This document shows positions 26,101-40,600 of a stretch of DNA of 64,000 nt, piece after piece; the first letter of the stretch is position 1; the number at the start of each line of letters is the position of its first letter. The notes under the pieces are model-generated. The model had not been told where the DNA came from. It ran no database searches and was given only the letters and a program-made list of their open reading frames with translations. The stretch lies in assembly GCA_002633005.1 (NCBI GenBank), contig NMRA01000074.1, positions 124,001 through 188,000 of the forward strand, in the 5' to 3' direction. The translations under genes and the position numbers were made by a program. Source of the stretch: Phoronis australis. Its lineage: Eukaryota > Animalia > Phoronida.

Positions 26101-28593
26101 GAGTACTTCATTCTGTATGTCATTGAAAGTGAATGTACAAACAAGTGCTTGTTGGCTGTTTCAGGTATGACACTGTTGTCACAAGCTGTACTCATACATT
26201 TACCATAATCTAAACGAGCAGCTCTCTTACCACACTGAACACAATGCTGAATGACTTTGCCATGGTTGGCTGCTGCTCAAAGTGCGTCACAATAATAATC
26301 AATCAAGGCGATATCTCAGTAGCGATTAATTAGCATATTCTCACAAAGTAATTACGGGTATTGCTATAAAGTACAACACAGTTTGGCATTCATAGCCATT
26401 TTGATGTAAGTTAACGCTCTTACAGATACAATAATAAAGATGTACATTTATTAGTTTGAAAAAAAAATCAATATATATCTTCTTATAGAAAACAAGTGAC
26501 TACTTTTGCAGCAGCCTTTCTTGTAGACAGAACCTATTAAAAACAACTACAGAGCTGTCTTTCCAGGTTAATACAGACCAGCTAGAACGCAGAGCATTAT
26601 GCCTTTAACTTCTCGTGAACAACTTTTTCACTATTTTATAAGGATCCGAATGTAACTGTACTGAATGTATACTGCAAATAACGCATATAACTTCACATAG
26701 CCTTTGCCAATATCAATTAAAAAACTTGATTTTCACCTATTTTAATTATTAAGCACAAATATATTATATTATACAATCATGTTTTAAAAAAACTGACAGT
26801 CACTACCAACCTGCGAGCCATTAGTGGCAGACCACAGTTTGACTTCCCCATCCAGAGCAGCCGAGGCAATGTGGCGTCCACTGGCAGAGTAGGCAACAGC
26901 TCTGACCGAACTTGTATGACCTCGCAGTATCTATTAGGGCAAAGGAAACAGAATTAAAGTACAAACTTAAGTCACTTTTATCTGAACAGCAAATTAAAGC
27001 CTAACATTGTTTATTTATGATGAAAGCAAATATTCAATCAAGCTGCGTTCACATTTAACAGAGAGGTAATGTAATGTTCTGCACTTTAAAGCATTCCAGC
27101 AAAATTTAGCAAACACCACAACAGAATACAAGCCAGACTCTAAACATAATCTAAATTGGTCCCACGTTTCACAATTTCATCCTAATGAATAATTGTTTTT
27201 CAATTCATCTGCTACACAATGAATAGTCCTGAAACCGTAAAATTTATTTAACAGCAAAGCATCAAACAACCAACCCCTTTACGGATCATGTGTAGTATGT
27301 CCCATATCTTCAGAGAACTGTCCCAGCCACCTGTCACTATCAGCTGACCTTCGGGATGAAAGGCCACACAGTTGACAGGTTGTCTACAATCAAACAAAAC
27401 ATGTCATGTTGCCCCTGCACTAGCTAAAAGCAGAGAACAACCCAATGCTAACAATACCATGAGTATAAAGAATATAATGTACTCGACACACACTAGCTTG
27501 TCTGAAATGTACTAGCTAAATTCATTACAGATGTTAGGTTTTCAACATGAAGAATGAAACTTGTTTCACACTGATCGCAGACAAATAATGAAGGTGGAAA
27601 AAATTTTGGGATATCTGCATTCAACATTTTACTTTTCACTAAATTGGAACAGAATGGGATATTTAATTCCTCAGCAACTTTCATAATTATGTTCCTGACT
27701 CATCATTTGACTAAAACTGCTAGTCAAAAACTGCTCTCATCCAAAAGACGCCCTGTCTGTTCTGAATCGAGCAGCTCTAGATTAAATGTGAAATTCTCTC
27801 TTCAATCTTCCAACCAACACAACACCTATTTCTCATCCTACACACCACATGCCCCCTATCTCTTGTACTCACTCTTCTCCCTTCAGTATGTTTGGCTTCA
27901 TTGCCTGTCCAGTTGTTCCATCCCAGACCATAATGCCACAATCCCAACCCGTGGACACCACCAACCGACCGGCAGCATCTGCAGAACACGAGGTCACTAC
28001 TCGACTGTGACCTTTCATCACTGCAATCCTGAAATGACAATGTTTAACATAAGGTTTGGTGCCAATTGTTGGCTGAAAGTCTTTGGAGCAGATACACATT
28101 TTAGGAATCAAAGATAGTTTATGTGGCTGTAAATTAAGTTAGCAACCATGATACACTTAATTTACACATCCACTGGTGTCCAGGTATACTGCTAAGTAAA
28201 TATGCTGAAGAAATTAAAAACTTCCCATTTCACAGCCTTCAAAAATGGCCAAAATAGTTATCTCGCACTGAGGCAACACACAAAGTGACTTAATGTCACA
28301 ATGTGACGATCTGCTATAGTTGGAACTTGGAGTCAGTACAGCGGGACAGTTCCGTAACACAAATGAACACCATGAAAAAATCTAGCCCAACGTTTTAAAA
28401 CATCCATCAGCAAGATATATCTACTAACCTGTGTCCATCGTCCATACTCCAGAGACTTAAGGTACTGTCCTTGGAGGCACTACACAGGCGATTACGGCCC
28501 ACAAAGCACACGTCAGTGATGGAGTGGGAATGACCGATAAGAGTCCTTAGTTCCTGTAATGATAATGAAAAACAATAACAACAACAATACGGC

Positions 28594-28625
<32 letters not shown>

Positions 28626-31600
28626 AACACAACAACAACAATGAAAACAACAAGAAGAGGAAGAAAATTTAAGTGGATTATGTCACCAGGAGTCATTTCA
28701 ATGAATGCGACTATGGTAATCCCAGTGAATAGAGGTCAGACCCTAATACCACCCAAGGTGAATAATTTTGTAGTGGGAGCTCATGACAGGGATGCAGATT
28801 ACTGTGGATTCATTTCCCAAGATAGTCCGAATAGTTAAAACATTGTCTGGCTTAATTTTATTTTAAAATTTTTGAAAAATATGTCTTTTTTTAACAAGGT
28901 CAGTTTTCACTCATCTAACACAATTAATAACACCACTATCAATATCAACAACCATCACTTACTGCTAAACAATGACAAGAAGCTCAATAATTTAAAAAAA
29001 ACAATGTAGTTATAATTATTAATAAACCACAGACCCATAATGAGTGCTTTTACTTCATTATCAACATGAGTCCCTAAACACTTATTTGTTAGAAAAAACC
29101 AGTTAGCATACATCTACAGCACAGTGATTTAAAAGTAACAGTATGTTCCACAAGAGAACCCTTAACCATTAACCTCACCTTGCCAGTTGTCAAGTTGTAG
29201 AGTTTGACGACACAGTCCATAGTGCCACAGGCTAGTACTTGACCATCTGTAGACACAGCTACGCATGTCACTGGCTAAGAATAACATCGAAAAAATTAGT
29301 CAAATAATCATGCCACGAACAATATATGGAGTCACGGAGAAACTGCCATTTTTCTTGTTTACCTGAACTCATGGTATTAGACCTAACCAGATATTAAACA
29401 GAATTATTCTATCTTTCTTTCATGAATAAGTTTACAGCTCGATTTACCTCAGGAAAGTTATCCAAGGTGAGAATACATGGATTGGTCTTGTCTGGTTTGT
29501 TAACCCACTGAACCAGATGGAGGTCAGAAGTCATGACTCTAGAATCAAGAAGGTCGTGTGCATCCTTATTTGGCTGTGAGGTATCTGGGTCATTGAAGGC
29601 TTGCTGCCAAATCAGAGCAGGGCTTTGCGATAGGATTGTCATGTTTCTTGATACAAACTGTTTGTAGTCTTGTACAGTTGAGGAAGCCAAAAACAGGTTT
29701 CTGTCCTGAGATACACGAGTTTGTTTGCCTGTGGGAACAGAGTAGATAAAAATACAAAACCAAAACATTCTTAAGCTGTAATCACATCTACTATACTGGA
29801 GATGGGGGAGAAATATCCATTTCATGTAAGATTGTTTGACTGATTTACAACACAAAGAACTTCTAAATTAAATGATTAATGTAGGACCTTAGAAAAATGT
29901 CCAAATTAGGTTAACTCTGCAATTCATATTCAGAAATGGCTGACCAAATTCATAATATGCAACTTTCAGATACTTTTGAATGCTGTCAGGACATTGTTTT
30001 TAAGTTGATCAATTGTTACATGAGAAGCTATCAAACATTATATCACATTTATCATTTTTACGAAAAAAAATTGAAAGCCGCATGAAAGGAATAAATGGAA
30101 TGATAAAACTGCAACAGTGCTTTTGTGATTTCGTCTTGAACATTAAATGCTTCAAATGACATGTGTTGTGTTATTGATACCGTTTTTAGCTAATTTTTGC
30201 TAAATTTTACTAAAAAGATTTGACCATCTGACCCAATTAATGGCATATAGATATAAAGTTCAATATCAAACTCTACATGCTTTCTACTTTCTGGTAAGTT
30301 AAACTATACAGTTTTGTACCTGCCTGGCTAAATGCACACTCAGGCTTGTCTATAAGGTCTTACATAACCTTAATGACACAGTACACTAAAATGTGATACA
30401 AGCTGGCAGTTAAGAGAAGACTTTAAGTTTTCATTTTATATAGTCCTGCATCTCACAGACTTTAAATGCCATGGGATCAATCCGTTGCTTAAACAAATCA
30501 CTGAACATGTCTCCCACGCTGCACAATGAACATGACACTCTCATAACTTATCAAGTTCACATACCCTCGGATGCAAAGTCTTCCAGCAACTGAGAACCCA
30601 GTCCCAACATGAACTTGCGCTGGATGAAGGACAGGTTACATAGACATGACTGAAGGTAGCGCCAGTTGCTAGAGCAGACCTAGCAAGAGCAATGAATCAG
30701 TCATCTTCAAATGAGATAATTTTACCAACAGAACTGATCATAAATTGATGATTGAAGTGATCATAAGCTACCATTAAACTGTATGGCTCCAAGCATGTCT
30801 GTACCTTGTGGACAATAGAATTTAACAAAAAAAAGACTATAATTATTATAGTAGTAAAGCATTAGATCTGAGTCAAAATTAAATATTCAAAAAAATTTGG
30901 ACTACCAATTTTGACCTAAATGTGACAATTTGGTCAATTACTCATGAAATGAAATAATGGAAATCAATGGCAGGTGGCTACAAAATACAATATGCAAAAA
31001 GAAATTTTCCTTCTTTTGAATCACAAATTGTGAACTATCACCTTTTATGGCAAGTTCCAGCATCCACACTACAGGACAACCCTCACTTCAAGAACAAGAC
31101 TTGCCACAAAATTAACAATTTCTGTCCGAGACTACTTACCAAATGGAAAGGAAGTTCACTGAAAGCTTTCAGTGACTGTCCTTGAAAGGTACTATCTCTC
31201 TTTGGATCAGCAGCATGCAGGAAATAGCCTAGAGAAAGATTAAGAACCATCACTTCCAGCTTCAATGAGCACGCAGGTCAAGCGGAATCTTGTTGCATTA
31301 AAAACTGACTAAATTCACCATTATGAAGTTGAGTTTTCACAGATGCAGAAAACATAGAGATTCAAACCTAGACATCCTCTGCTGAATTGATTACTCAGTG
31401 ACAAAAAGCTCTTTAATATCATTCCTAATACTAAAATGTTATGGTTGGTAAACAAACCACAGCAACTCCAGGGCAGCAAACAAAAACCTCTACCCTGTCT
31501 TACCGGCCAGCAGAGTGTGAGCATGCGTCTCCCTATCAGTTCCCGCAACCCCCAACAGGTAGCGCTGACGGACAGCCTGGGACATGTGACTATGCACAGA

Positions 31601-34600
31601 CTGTATTGTGCTGCTCCTGAAGAGAACAGAATGACAGACATAAGTTAATAGTGAGAATAACAAATTGACAATTGAATTTAACCCCAAGAACACCTTTCAA
31701 ATAAAAAATAGTTCCAGATAATACAATGCATAGTATTTTTTTATTATTTAACGGTGGATAAATTTGCATGTTGAGTTATAATTAAAATTTTACTTACTAC
31801 TAACATTGCCAAAGGTTCAAAACAAATGTGTGTGTTCCTGAGTACAAAGGTATGCATTTGGATGGTATATTATAATAAACTCAAATTCAAAACCTGCAAT
31901 AACTCCTAACATCAAGTGTTAGACAAGCAAACCATAATACAGAGAACATGACACTAATGTGTCACCTGTTAGATTTAACTAGGATTGTCATATAAATGAT
32001 AATAATCGTCATTTACAGGATCCCCGCATTTTGAGAACCAGTTTTCTCCACTGAATTACAAGCATCAAACTGGTTCTCAAAATTTANAAAATTCCAAGCC
32101 CTGCTAATACTAAAATGTTATGGTTGGTAAACAAACCATAGCAACTCCACGGCAGCAAACAAAAACCTCTGCCCTGTCTTACCAGCCAGCAGAGTGTGAG
32201 CATGTGTCTCCCTATCAGTTCCTGCAACCCCCAACAGGTAGCGCTGATGGACGGCCTGGGACATGTGACTATGCACAGACTGTATTGTGCTGCTCCTGAA
32301 GAGAACAGAATGACAGACATAAGTTAATAGTGAGAATAACAAATTGACAATTGAATTTAACCCCAAGAACACCTTTAAAATAAAAAATAGTTCCAGATAA
32401 TACAATGCATAGTATTTTTTTATTATTTAACGGTGGATAAATTTGCATGTTGAGTTATAATTAAAATTTTACTTACTACTAACATTGCCAAAGGTTCAAA
32501 ACAAATGTGTGTGTTCCTGAGTACAAAGGTATGCATTTGGATGGTATATTATAATAAACTCAAATTCAAAACCTGCAATAACTCCTAACATCAAGTGTTA
32601 GACAAGCAAACCATAATACAGAGAACATGACACTAATGTGTCACCTGTTAGATTTAACTAGGATTGTCATATAAATGATAATAATAGTCATTTACAGGAT
32701 CCCCGCATTTTGAGAACCAGTTTTCTCCACTGAATTACAAGCATCAAACTGGTTCTCAAAATTTAGGACCCCGCAACTATTGCCATACAAAGTGCATAGA
32801 TTCCATGGTTTGTAAATCCTCAGATATGTCAATTGTTTCAAATATTCAAAGCCAGTCCTGTAAGTATTAGTGACATCACGTGACACAATGACACGATGAC
32901 AATGACAGATGACATGGACACATTACTGTAAAGAACTCAAACGTCGATTTGTACAGAATTATGAGATACAAATTCCAACATTATTAGTATAATTTAATTT
33001 CTTGAAGCAAAGTAATTATAACAAATTCTAACATCAAAAACAAAACTCACCAAAAGACAATTCTGCACGCTACTTTTGTGATATCTTGATATTACCCCAA
33101 GCACATAGTCATTCAGTGATTCTGGCTCAGGGAATAAGCTAAGGTTGATTTCTTCAGTTTTAAACATCAACAACCAGTCATGGTGGAAGTATGTCACTGA
33201 AGCAGACATACTGCACAAACCTTTCACTGACTCCTGGCTGCAGAAAGTTCTCTACAGCTCTCAACAGCTGGATGAATTTAGCTTTAGGCACCATCTGCTC
33301 AGGCAGTAGACTGATGTTGATGACGTCATCAAGGCAGCACTTCTTCTTGTCCACCAATAGGTGGAGGCTCACTAAGGAATGTAGGTCACTCTCATCAAGG
33401 CCTGGAAACATAAATTTAAAGAGTGAGATTTGCAACAAGTCTTGAAGTCAAAGAAAAATTAGCTTTCGATATACCCATTATGATTTTCAAAGGTGTTCCA
33501 AGTTGTGCAACTTTCCAAGATATCATGATAGTAAGCAGAAAATGTGTGCAGAAGTCACAATGATTTTCAGCACCTTGTGAGAATGAAGCACAATTTTTCC
33601 TCAAAATGTAAAATACAGGCCTCACAAAGTCAATTTTGACACACATCCAGTCTCTCTTGGAGCCACTTTCCAAACGCCAGATATGTCTAGTCACATGACT
33701 TCATCACAGTAGGTCATCTATACTTAACTGCGTTACAACACGTCAAATCAAGACAATATTATCTGCAAACAGTCTCAAGTGAGCCAGATCAAGTGCTCGA
33801 CATATATTTGCTCACTCAGGTAACATGCAATGACTTTCTAGAGCGAATAAAGTTGAAGAAATTTTCATGCTCATCAGAGTTAAAGAGTCCTAGTTAGTAC
33901 ATTATATACCAATTACAAATTACACATCCAACCAAGATTTGCATTCAGCGAAGTAGGACTGGTCTAAAGATGTGATATTTTCTTGAACACCTACCATTTC
34001 TGGCACATATGACCAGAGACAGAGCTATGTTGATGAGGTCTTTCCCCAAGTCATTCTCCAACCGCATCAGTACAGCTTGTAACATCTGGGGTATGGTGTG
34101 CGGCATAGACTTCAACTTCTCAGTCACCTGGTGACGTTAAGATTCAGTACTCATCCATAGAAAATAATATTATGGAACTGAAGCATGATTACTGTTGGGG
34201 GTAGCACACAATGTTTAAATGTGCGTAGTTTCATGAATCAGTCCCAAAAGTGATTCAACTACTCCTTAAAATTTCACCACATGATTGTGTGGACTTTGTG
34301 CAAACAACGATTGTCTTAAGTTTTTTTCTGTTACTTTATCTGACAGTGTATTGCTACATTAGATTTCAACTTTAATACATAGCAAGACTAAACTCTTTAT
34401 TGAAACTAAACAGGGACCTTTTCATGAAACGTCCCCAATTTAAGGACTTAGATTTTATTCATTTTCATTGAAATATGAGTTCAGTTGTTAGATATACAAA
34501 TAAAAACGTCACGAGTAAAAGAGGAACTCACAATAAAGACAAAGAGATGGAAAAATTCGACAGAAGTGAGTGAATAAAATCTACAAATGCGCTGACAATT

Positions 34601-37600
34601 TCTGGCACGGTAAAAGAAAGAAAGCAACAGGTTTGCTTCAATTTCTAGGAAATCATTCTGTAACAAGTTGAACCTGGTATTGATTTCTGACATGTGTAAA
34701 TTAAGTGCGTGTCATTTTCTCCCAGTTAAACCAGGTCAGACAGTCTAAGTAGATCTGTCCAATGCATTCATGGTACACTGGGATGTGTGACAAATGCGAA
34801 TCAATGAGATCACAAGCACATTCACTACAGAATTTTCAATGAGCAGCGTATTTCGCAAAGTTGACAAAATTTGTTGACATTTGGACGACTTAGTTAACAA
34901 TAAAAAATTAAGGTGTGAGAAGGGAATTATTAATTAGATTCAATTTTTAGCTCCAAATTTTCATTGATACTTGGATGCCATGAGAAGACATTGAGTCAAA
35001 TTTTCATTGATACTTGGATGCCATGAGAAGACATTGAGTCAAATTTTTAAAGAACTACACTGCATAATGATCCATAACTAAGCACAAAGGTCTCATTAAG
35101 CAAGCAGCCGACAGAAACGCCAAATACAGACACCAGTCCTCTAACTTAATTTTCAAACACTTCAAGGTCTCATTCAGAAACCATGATATATAAACCACCT
35201 GTCTTTATTTTAGAAAAATTCCACCTTTTGAAACATTCCTAATTCTCGTTAAAAACATCCAGTAGAAATGTTAACTACAACAAGCTCTAGTACATATTTT
35301 TTCTAATTGTTATTACCTTTTCAAAAACTCCAAATACCCTCAGCTCTTCACAGGCCAAGCTCAAAAAGAGTGGATTGCCTGCTTCCTTCTTTGACATCAG
35401 TAACTTCATCTGCAAACAGAATGTGTCTACAATAACGCAGCAGGAGCACAAGAGAATCACAATGAAACTAGAATGGTCTCTAGGAGGCACAGTGCGAATC
35501 ATCTGAAAAATGGCTAGCCCATACCGAGACAAAAGTAGATAACAGAATGTTCACGAAAGTTTGTGTCACTGACGGTGAGCGACAGACAAAGGTCACCAAA
35601 GGGATAGAATGTAGCAAAAAGTACACTTCTGAGAAAGTTGTGAATTGAGGATTTTTGACAATTTTAAAACATACGGTTATATTTCATAATCATATTGTCT
35701 CCCAAATTTGAGTTCAGTTACGGTATTTAGTCACTGTTTTGAAGTGCTGTGCAAGTCAATGAGTGAAGTATGGTCACTGAGAAGTCCTCAATGTCCACTT
35801 CATCAAACTTCCACCACAAAATGTCTAATTTTGGCTTTCAAAAGCATGTCATCAAGCATTTTCCTCTGCTAAAACAGACAGCTGAACAGTACTTGGTCCA
35901 CCTACATACAAAACACACTGCCATGGTGTCTTACCTGATTGTTAAAGGGAGACTCATCAAGCACCTTTCTGTGTTGAGCAAGTGCATGACGAATGACCAC
36001 TGGTTTGTCTTGAGTGTCCAGTCCACCTATGTCTACTAAGCAGACATCATGTCGCCTAGTGCAAGCCCGATAGGAGGGGCTGTCGTGACACACGCTCAGC
36101 AAGATAATGACATTCTGGAAGAAAAGTGAAGTGTTTCATTTCATAACCGATGATACAAACACGTGGCAACAACATGGTAATTTTAGACAGCAAATCTTGA
36201 CAAAGGTCAGTACATTCTGTAAGTTGTTTTATTCTCATACCACTACAACTGCAAGGTCTCCGACATTAAACCAAACGGCATGTTCTACAATAGTGACACG
36301 TTCTCAGATATATTGTTCAAATTGTTCCAGGTGCACCTGGTTGGGAACTGGAAATAGATAATAAAATTTATCACAACATCTGACTTAAATGCACAACATA
36401 AAATCTGTTCAAACCAAAATGTAAACCTTTTCATCAATTTTTGACAAACAATTTGTTTTCAATGTATGGAATTTACTATGAAATCAAACCTCTGGTATCT
36501 CTTCTGGGAGCCACTCCATGGTAAGTGCCTGGCAGGCAGAGTCCAGCATATCAATGCCGTCAATCACAACCACGAAGGGCGTGTCACACATGGACCCAGC
36601 CTCCTTAAGTACTTCTTCGAACTTTGCCACCATGTTTCTTTAGGAAAGAAAATTCAATGAGTTAAATTTCCGTATGAATTTTTGCACTTTATTTCACAAA
36701 TTAATGTTATTGGCTGTAAGTATCTAAAATTTATTTTCAGTGAAATTGTCACTCACTTGAAATCTTCAGGAATAGGCGTGGCCAAGTTGAATCTTCTAAT
36801 AACCTCCAATGTCAGTCTCCTAAGCGAAGCAAAGATATTGCTCGAACCAGGAGCTGCACCCACAAAATGAACCAACAGGTTGAGACCGCCCTGACACCAG
36901 CTGGACTCAACATAGCTATGCACCACTGATGCCTGAAGCAAATGATATATATTAGATGTAAAGATATGAAAAATTCTGTAGACAAAATATTTGTACAATT
37001 TACACAAAAATAATTGCAAAAAATAGTTTCCCCCATCATGATGGCATGGTGAACATTTTTTCACAGCATGACATCACTTGTCATTCCAGCTAAACCGACT
37101 TCAACTTTCACTCAGCCATAATGGCATATAGCTACTGTTTTGTGTTTATTGAGACACAGTTGATTTAAAAAGAATGCCATTTTCCAAATATACAACTTGG
37201 GACATGATTTCACGAACTCTCTCCAACAGCGTTCGTGTATTATGAATATGAAGCTGACAAAGAAAACTTTCTCTTTGTAAAAAATGTCATATATTATGCT
37301 TCGCAAACATGAACTTAATATTATTCAGTGATGTCTGAAATGAAGCAGCCTTTGACAGAACCCTTCACTCACCACTAAAGATGATTTTCCACTGCCTGGC
37401 CCCCCAGACAGAACGATCACTGGTGCCACCTTCTGGCCAATCTTATCAACGCACTGCTTCAGCAGGTTCTTCCGACCCACAAACATCCGTTGGTGAGCCT
37501 CCATAGCAGCGTTATGAATAGATGTCAGGTGAGTGTTTTCATCGATCATCACAGACTAAAGATGAGATATGACAAAGTAGGTATTAGTACACATGAGTAA

Positions 37601-40600
37601 TATCTATTAAAAGGAAATTACCTCATAAGCTTGTCTGGTATCCGGAAAACAGGAGAAAAACACTTATTTGTGAATTCAATGAAACCAAGAGTTTATACGG
37701 AAAAACCAAGAGTGTTTATTCAAATTTAATCAATAGATAAATATTAGACTAAAAATGTTCTTCTAAACTACTCATTTTAGAACAACATACAAAATGTAAT
37801 AAATTCTATAATTTATAACAACTCCTTGTATTTCATTAAAAAACTACCTATTAGTAGTAATAATTATGTCCTAATCACCAGAAATGGGAGGATAGAACTG
37901 TCTACTTTTAATTCATGATAAAATCTCTCCAATGGCCAACATGACTGTGAAACTTTCAGTGCATCATACGCAACTTACGCAAAATTAAAAAACTTCCATG
38001 TCCAAGTTTAGTATGACAGCTACCATCAGACAAAATTTTGAAAAATGTTGGGCACTCCCAACCATGTTAGAAAATTAAAAAGAATGATTTTGGCAATTGT
38101 TTTCTTCCAAATTGAATCTTACCTCCTCTGTGTAGTCTCTCTGTATTGCCTCCCAAAGTTGACTGAGTACCATAAGACCAAACGACTCCAGTCCAACAAG
38201 GATTGGCTTGCCTTCTACTACACCACCCCAATAGGCCTCATAGCTGGAAAAATTTTATCAGTCACATACTGGGCATCAAAACAAACCACCAAACACAATG
38301 CCTAAGAAAGCACCCCAATAGGCATAAATCAAATCCGTCTTTAAGACAGGGATGCATTTCCTTGATGCAGAAAACTGCAAGTCGCCTCTGGCAAGAAATC
38401 TAATGGAACATTATTCAATATTCTACCCTCACTAACCGATCACTAATGCTGGCTATCATGTTGCAAGTAAGTAAGTGTAGGCTAATAAGGTCACAAGGCA
38501 TGTACTTGTGAAAAACTCGCCTTTCACTCATGTCTTGAGTCTACCCTACACACCACAAGAGTACCTCACCCAAAAACCTGAAGAGACTGAAAACCATAGA
38601 GTCTACTAGGTAAATCATGAAACTCAGTTTAGGGACACTGACAACAGAGACACATTTCTGTTCAAGTGCAGCTGCGTGTTTATCAGCTTCAGAACAGTTG
38701 CTGGTCAACCCTCCATGGATGGAACGAGCAAAATTTCAGAAAACAGCAGCCATGCAGAAATTTTCACCACTGACTGTGTAATTGGAACTTTCCGGAAATA
38801 GGTTGTATTTGTCAGAAGTAGTGACCATGAGCGGTCAACTGTTAAATTCTAAAGATGTCAGATAAAATTTATGAGAACTTCTAAAGATCTTGGTTCTTTT
38901 TTGATCAACTTACCAGTTTTGCAAAATGACGAAAATGATTTTAAAGCAATGACAAGACTAATCTTGTGAAAGATTCATCCACTCAGCAAAACATAAAACT
39001 GAAGAGAAGAGAAACCAGCATTTCCAATCAGAAACCAATTAAACTAGTAACTACTTTGCATACTTCATCACTTTATTGTCATTAGAAATACAATAACTGA
39101 AGCCTACCCATGGAAGGCCTCATATCCACTGGTTCGAATTCTATCTTTCAATGCATTTATCTTCTTCTTTGAATCGTTGTTCTCGCAGGTAAAACTTGAC
39201 ACCCATTTCTTAGGAATGTCCCTGAAACAGTATTTGAATTTAACCATTTTAAGCAATTCCACTGCTATAAATAAAAAAACGAGAAATGTACTGTCAGTGT
39301 TATTTACAATCTATAGAAACCTAGAATGACAAGATTCATTGATTCAAAATTTCCTGACAAAAGCATTATCATTAAGCTTGTCTCTGACACAAATGCAAAA
39401 GAAAAAAGGCCAACTTATGCCAGTTCTTTAAACCACCTGGCTGTAGTCTGGTAAAAATTTAGTAAGTTGACATCTAAGGTACATTACGGACATAGTAACA
39501 GAGACTGAACAGGAAGTAATCTAATTAAGAAATGTATTGAGTGTCTGCACTTACTTCTCAAAACAGCTGTTATCCCTCAAGTAGAAGAATGCCTTGTCCT
39601 TCTTTCCTGACTCTTCATTGAGAGCTCCATACTGCATTTCTAGTTCTGTTACAGATCGACCAGCAGGGTAGTCTTTCAACCAATCAAATTCTGGCTTGTC
39701 TGGCACGGTGTACGCATCAGGTATCCAACCATATCGCTCGCCAAGTAAACCCATGAAATACTGACAACGCGAGATCTCAGTCAGACAGAGTTCCAGGGTT
39801 CTGTAATGAATATGGCATACGACTTATTAGATAATTGTAAAACCAGCAAATATTCAGTAATATATAATGCAACATTACTATGTCTGGGTAACATTCAACA
39901 CCACTAAATATACCTGACTGGTTCCCAGGTCTACATATTAAATGGCATGTTAGTTATCTGTATAGGCTAGCAAACTCGACTCGATTCTGTAATATTCCTG
40001 TTCGGGAGATTAAATCTCATTCTGCAACATCTCATATCTAGGCACGAGACAACTAGGTAAGGGTTCAAACATATATTCTGTGCAATGAGAAGGCGCTATT
40101 ACATGTCAAAAGAGGTGTCTGCCACGACAGTTGTGGCAATAGCCAATCAGAGTTCAACAATCTCTAGCTTACAATGGGAATGTGAAAGAGTCTGTATAAT
40201 ATACTCTCAACCAGGCCTTGATTTAGAGGGCATCCAGGGTGTCCAAATGAACATGCTCCGACTCAAATTCAGGGTGTCCACTATCAACAACGTGAATTCC
40301 CAGTAATGTGCAAAACGTCATGTGTCAAGTTGACAAAAAACTAAAATTAGGTTTTAATAAAAAACATCACATTTCAAGATATTCTTGAGATTCTTACTTA
40401 TTGGTCCTGGTGATTTCTTCAGTCACTCCCCATCTCAAGTCCACCTCGTGTACGTTGACATAAAGCTTCTTGGCTCGACTGTGCAACTCTGGGAACACGA
40501 ATCGTGTGAGCAGATCACGCTCCCCATGCATGTCCCGAAACGTGGATGAGATGAACACTCGTGAAGTGCGCCACCTGAGAACGAAACAGGGAACCGTGCG

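Larger units (their letters stand above)
31425..32765. repeat. Tandem duplication with 679-bp offset containing exon 23 (probable allelic assembly duplication)
   Basis: 31425-32086 is nearly identical to 32104-32765; the copies are joined by a single N plus a 16-bp transposon end. Confidence 0.9.

Noticed and set aside
27644-28117. 157-aa plus-strand ORF, and similar ORFs at 42224, 48194 and 50606
   Set aside because: Antisense shadows of TEP1 exons with no recognisable motifs.
39130-39142. ggttcgaattc box-B-like motif
   Set aside because: Lies antisense within coding exon 14, with no box A or cloverleaf.
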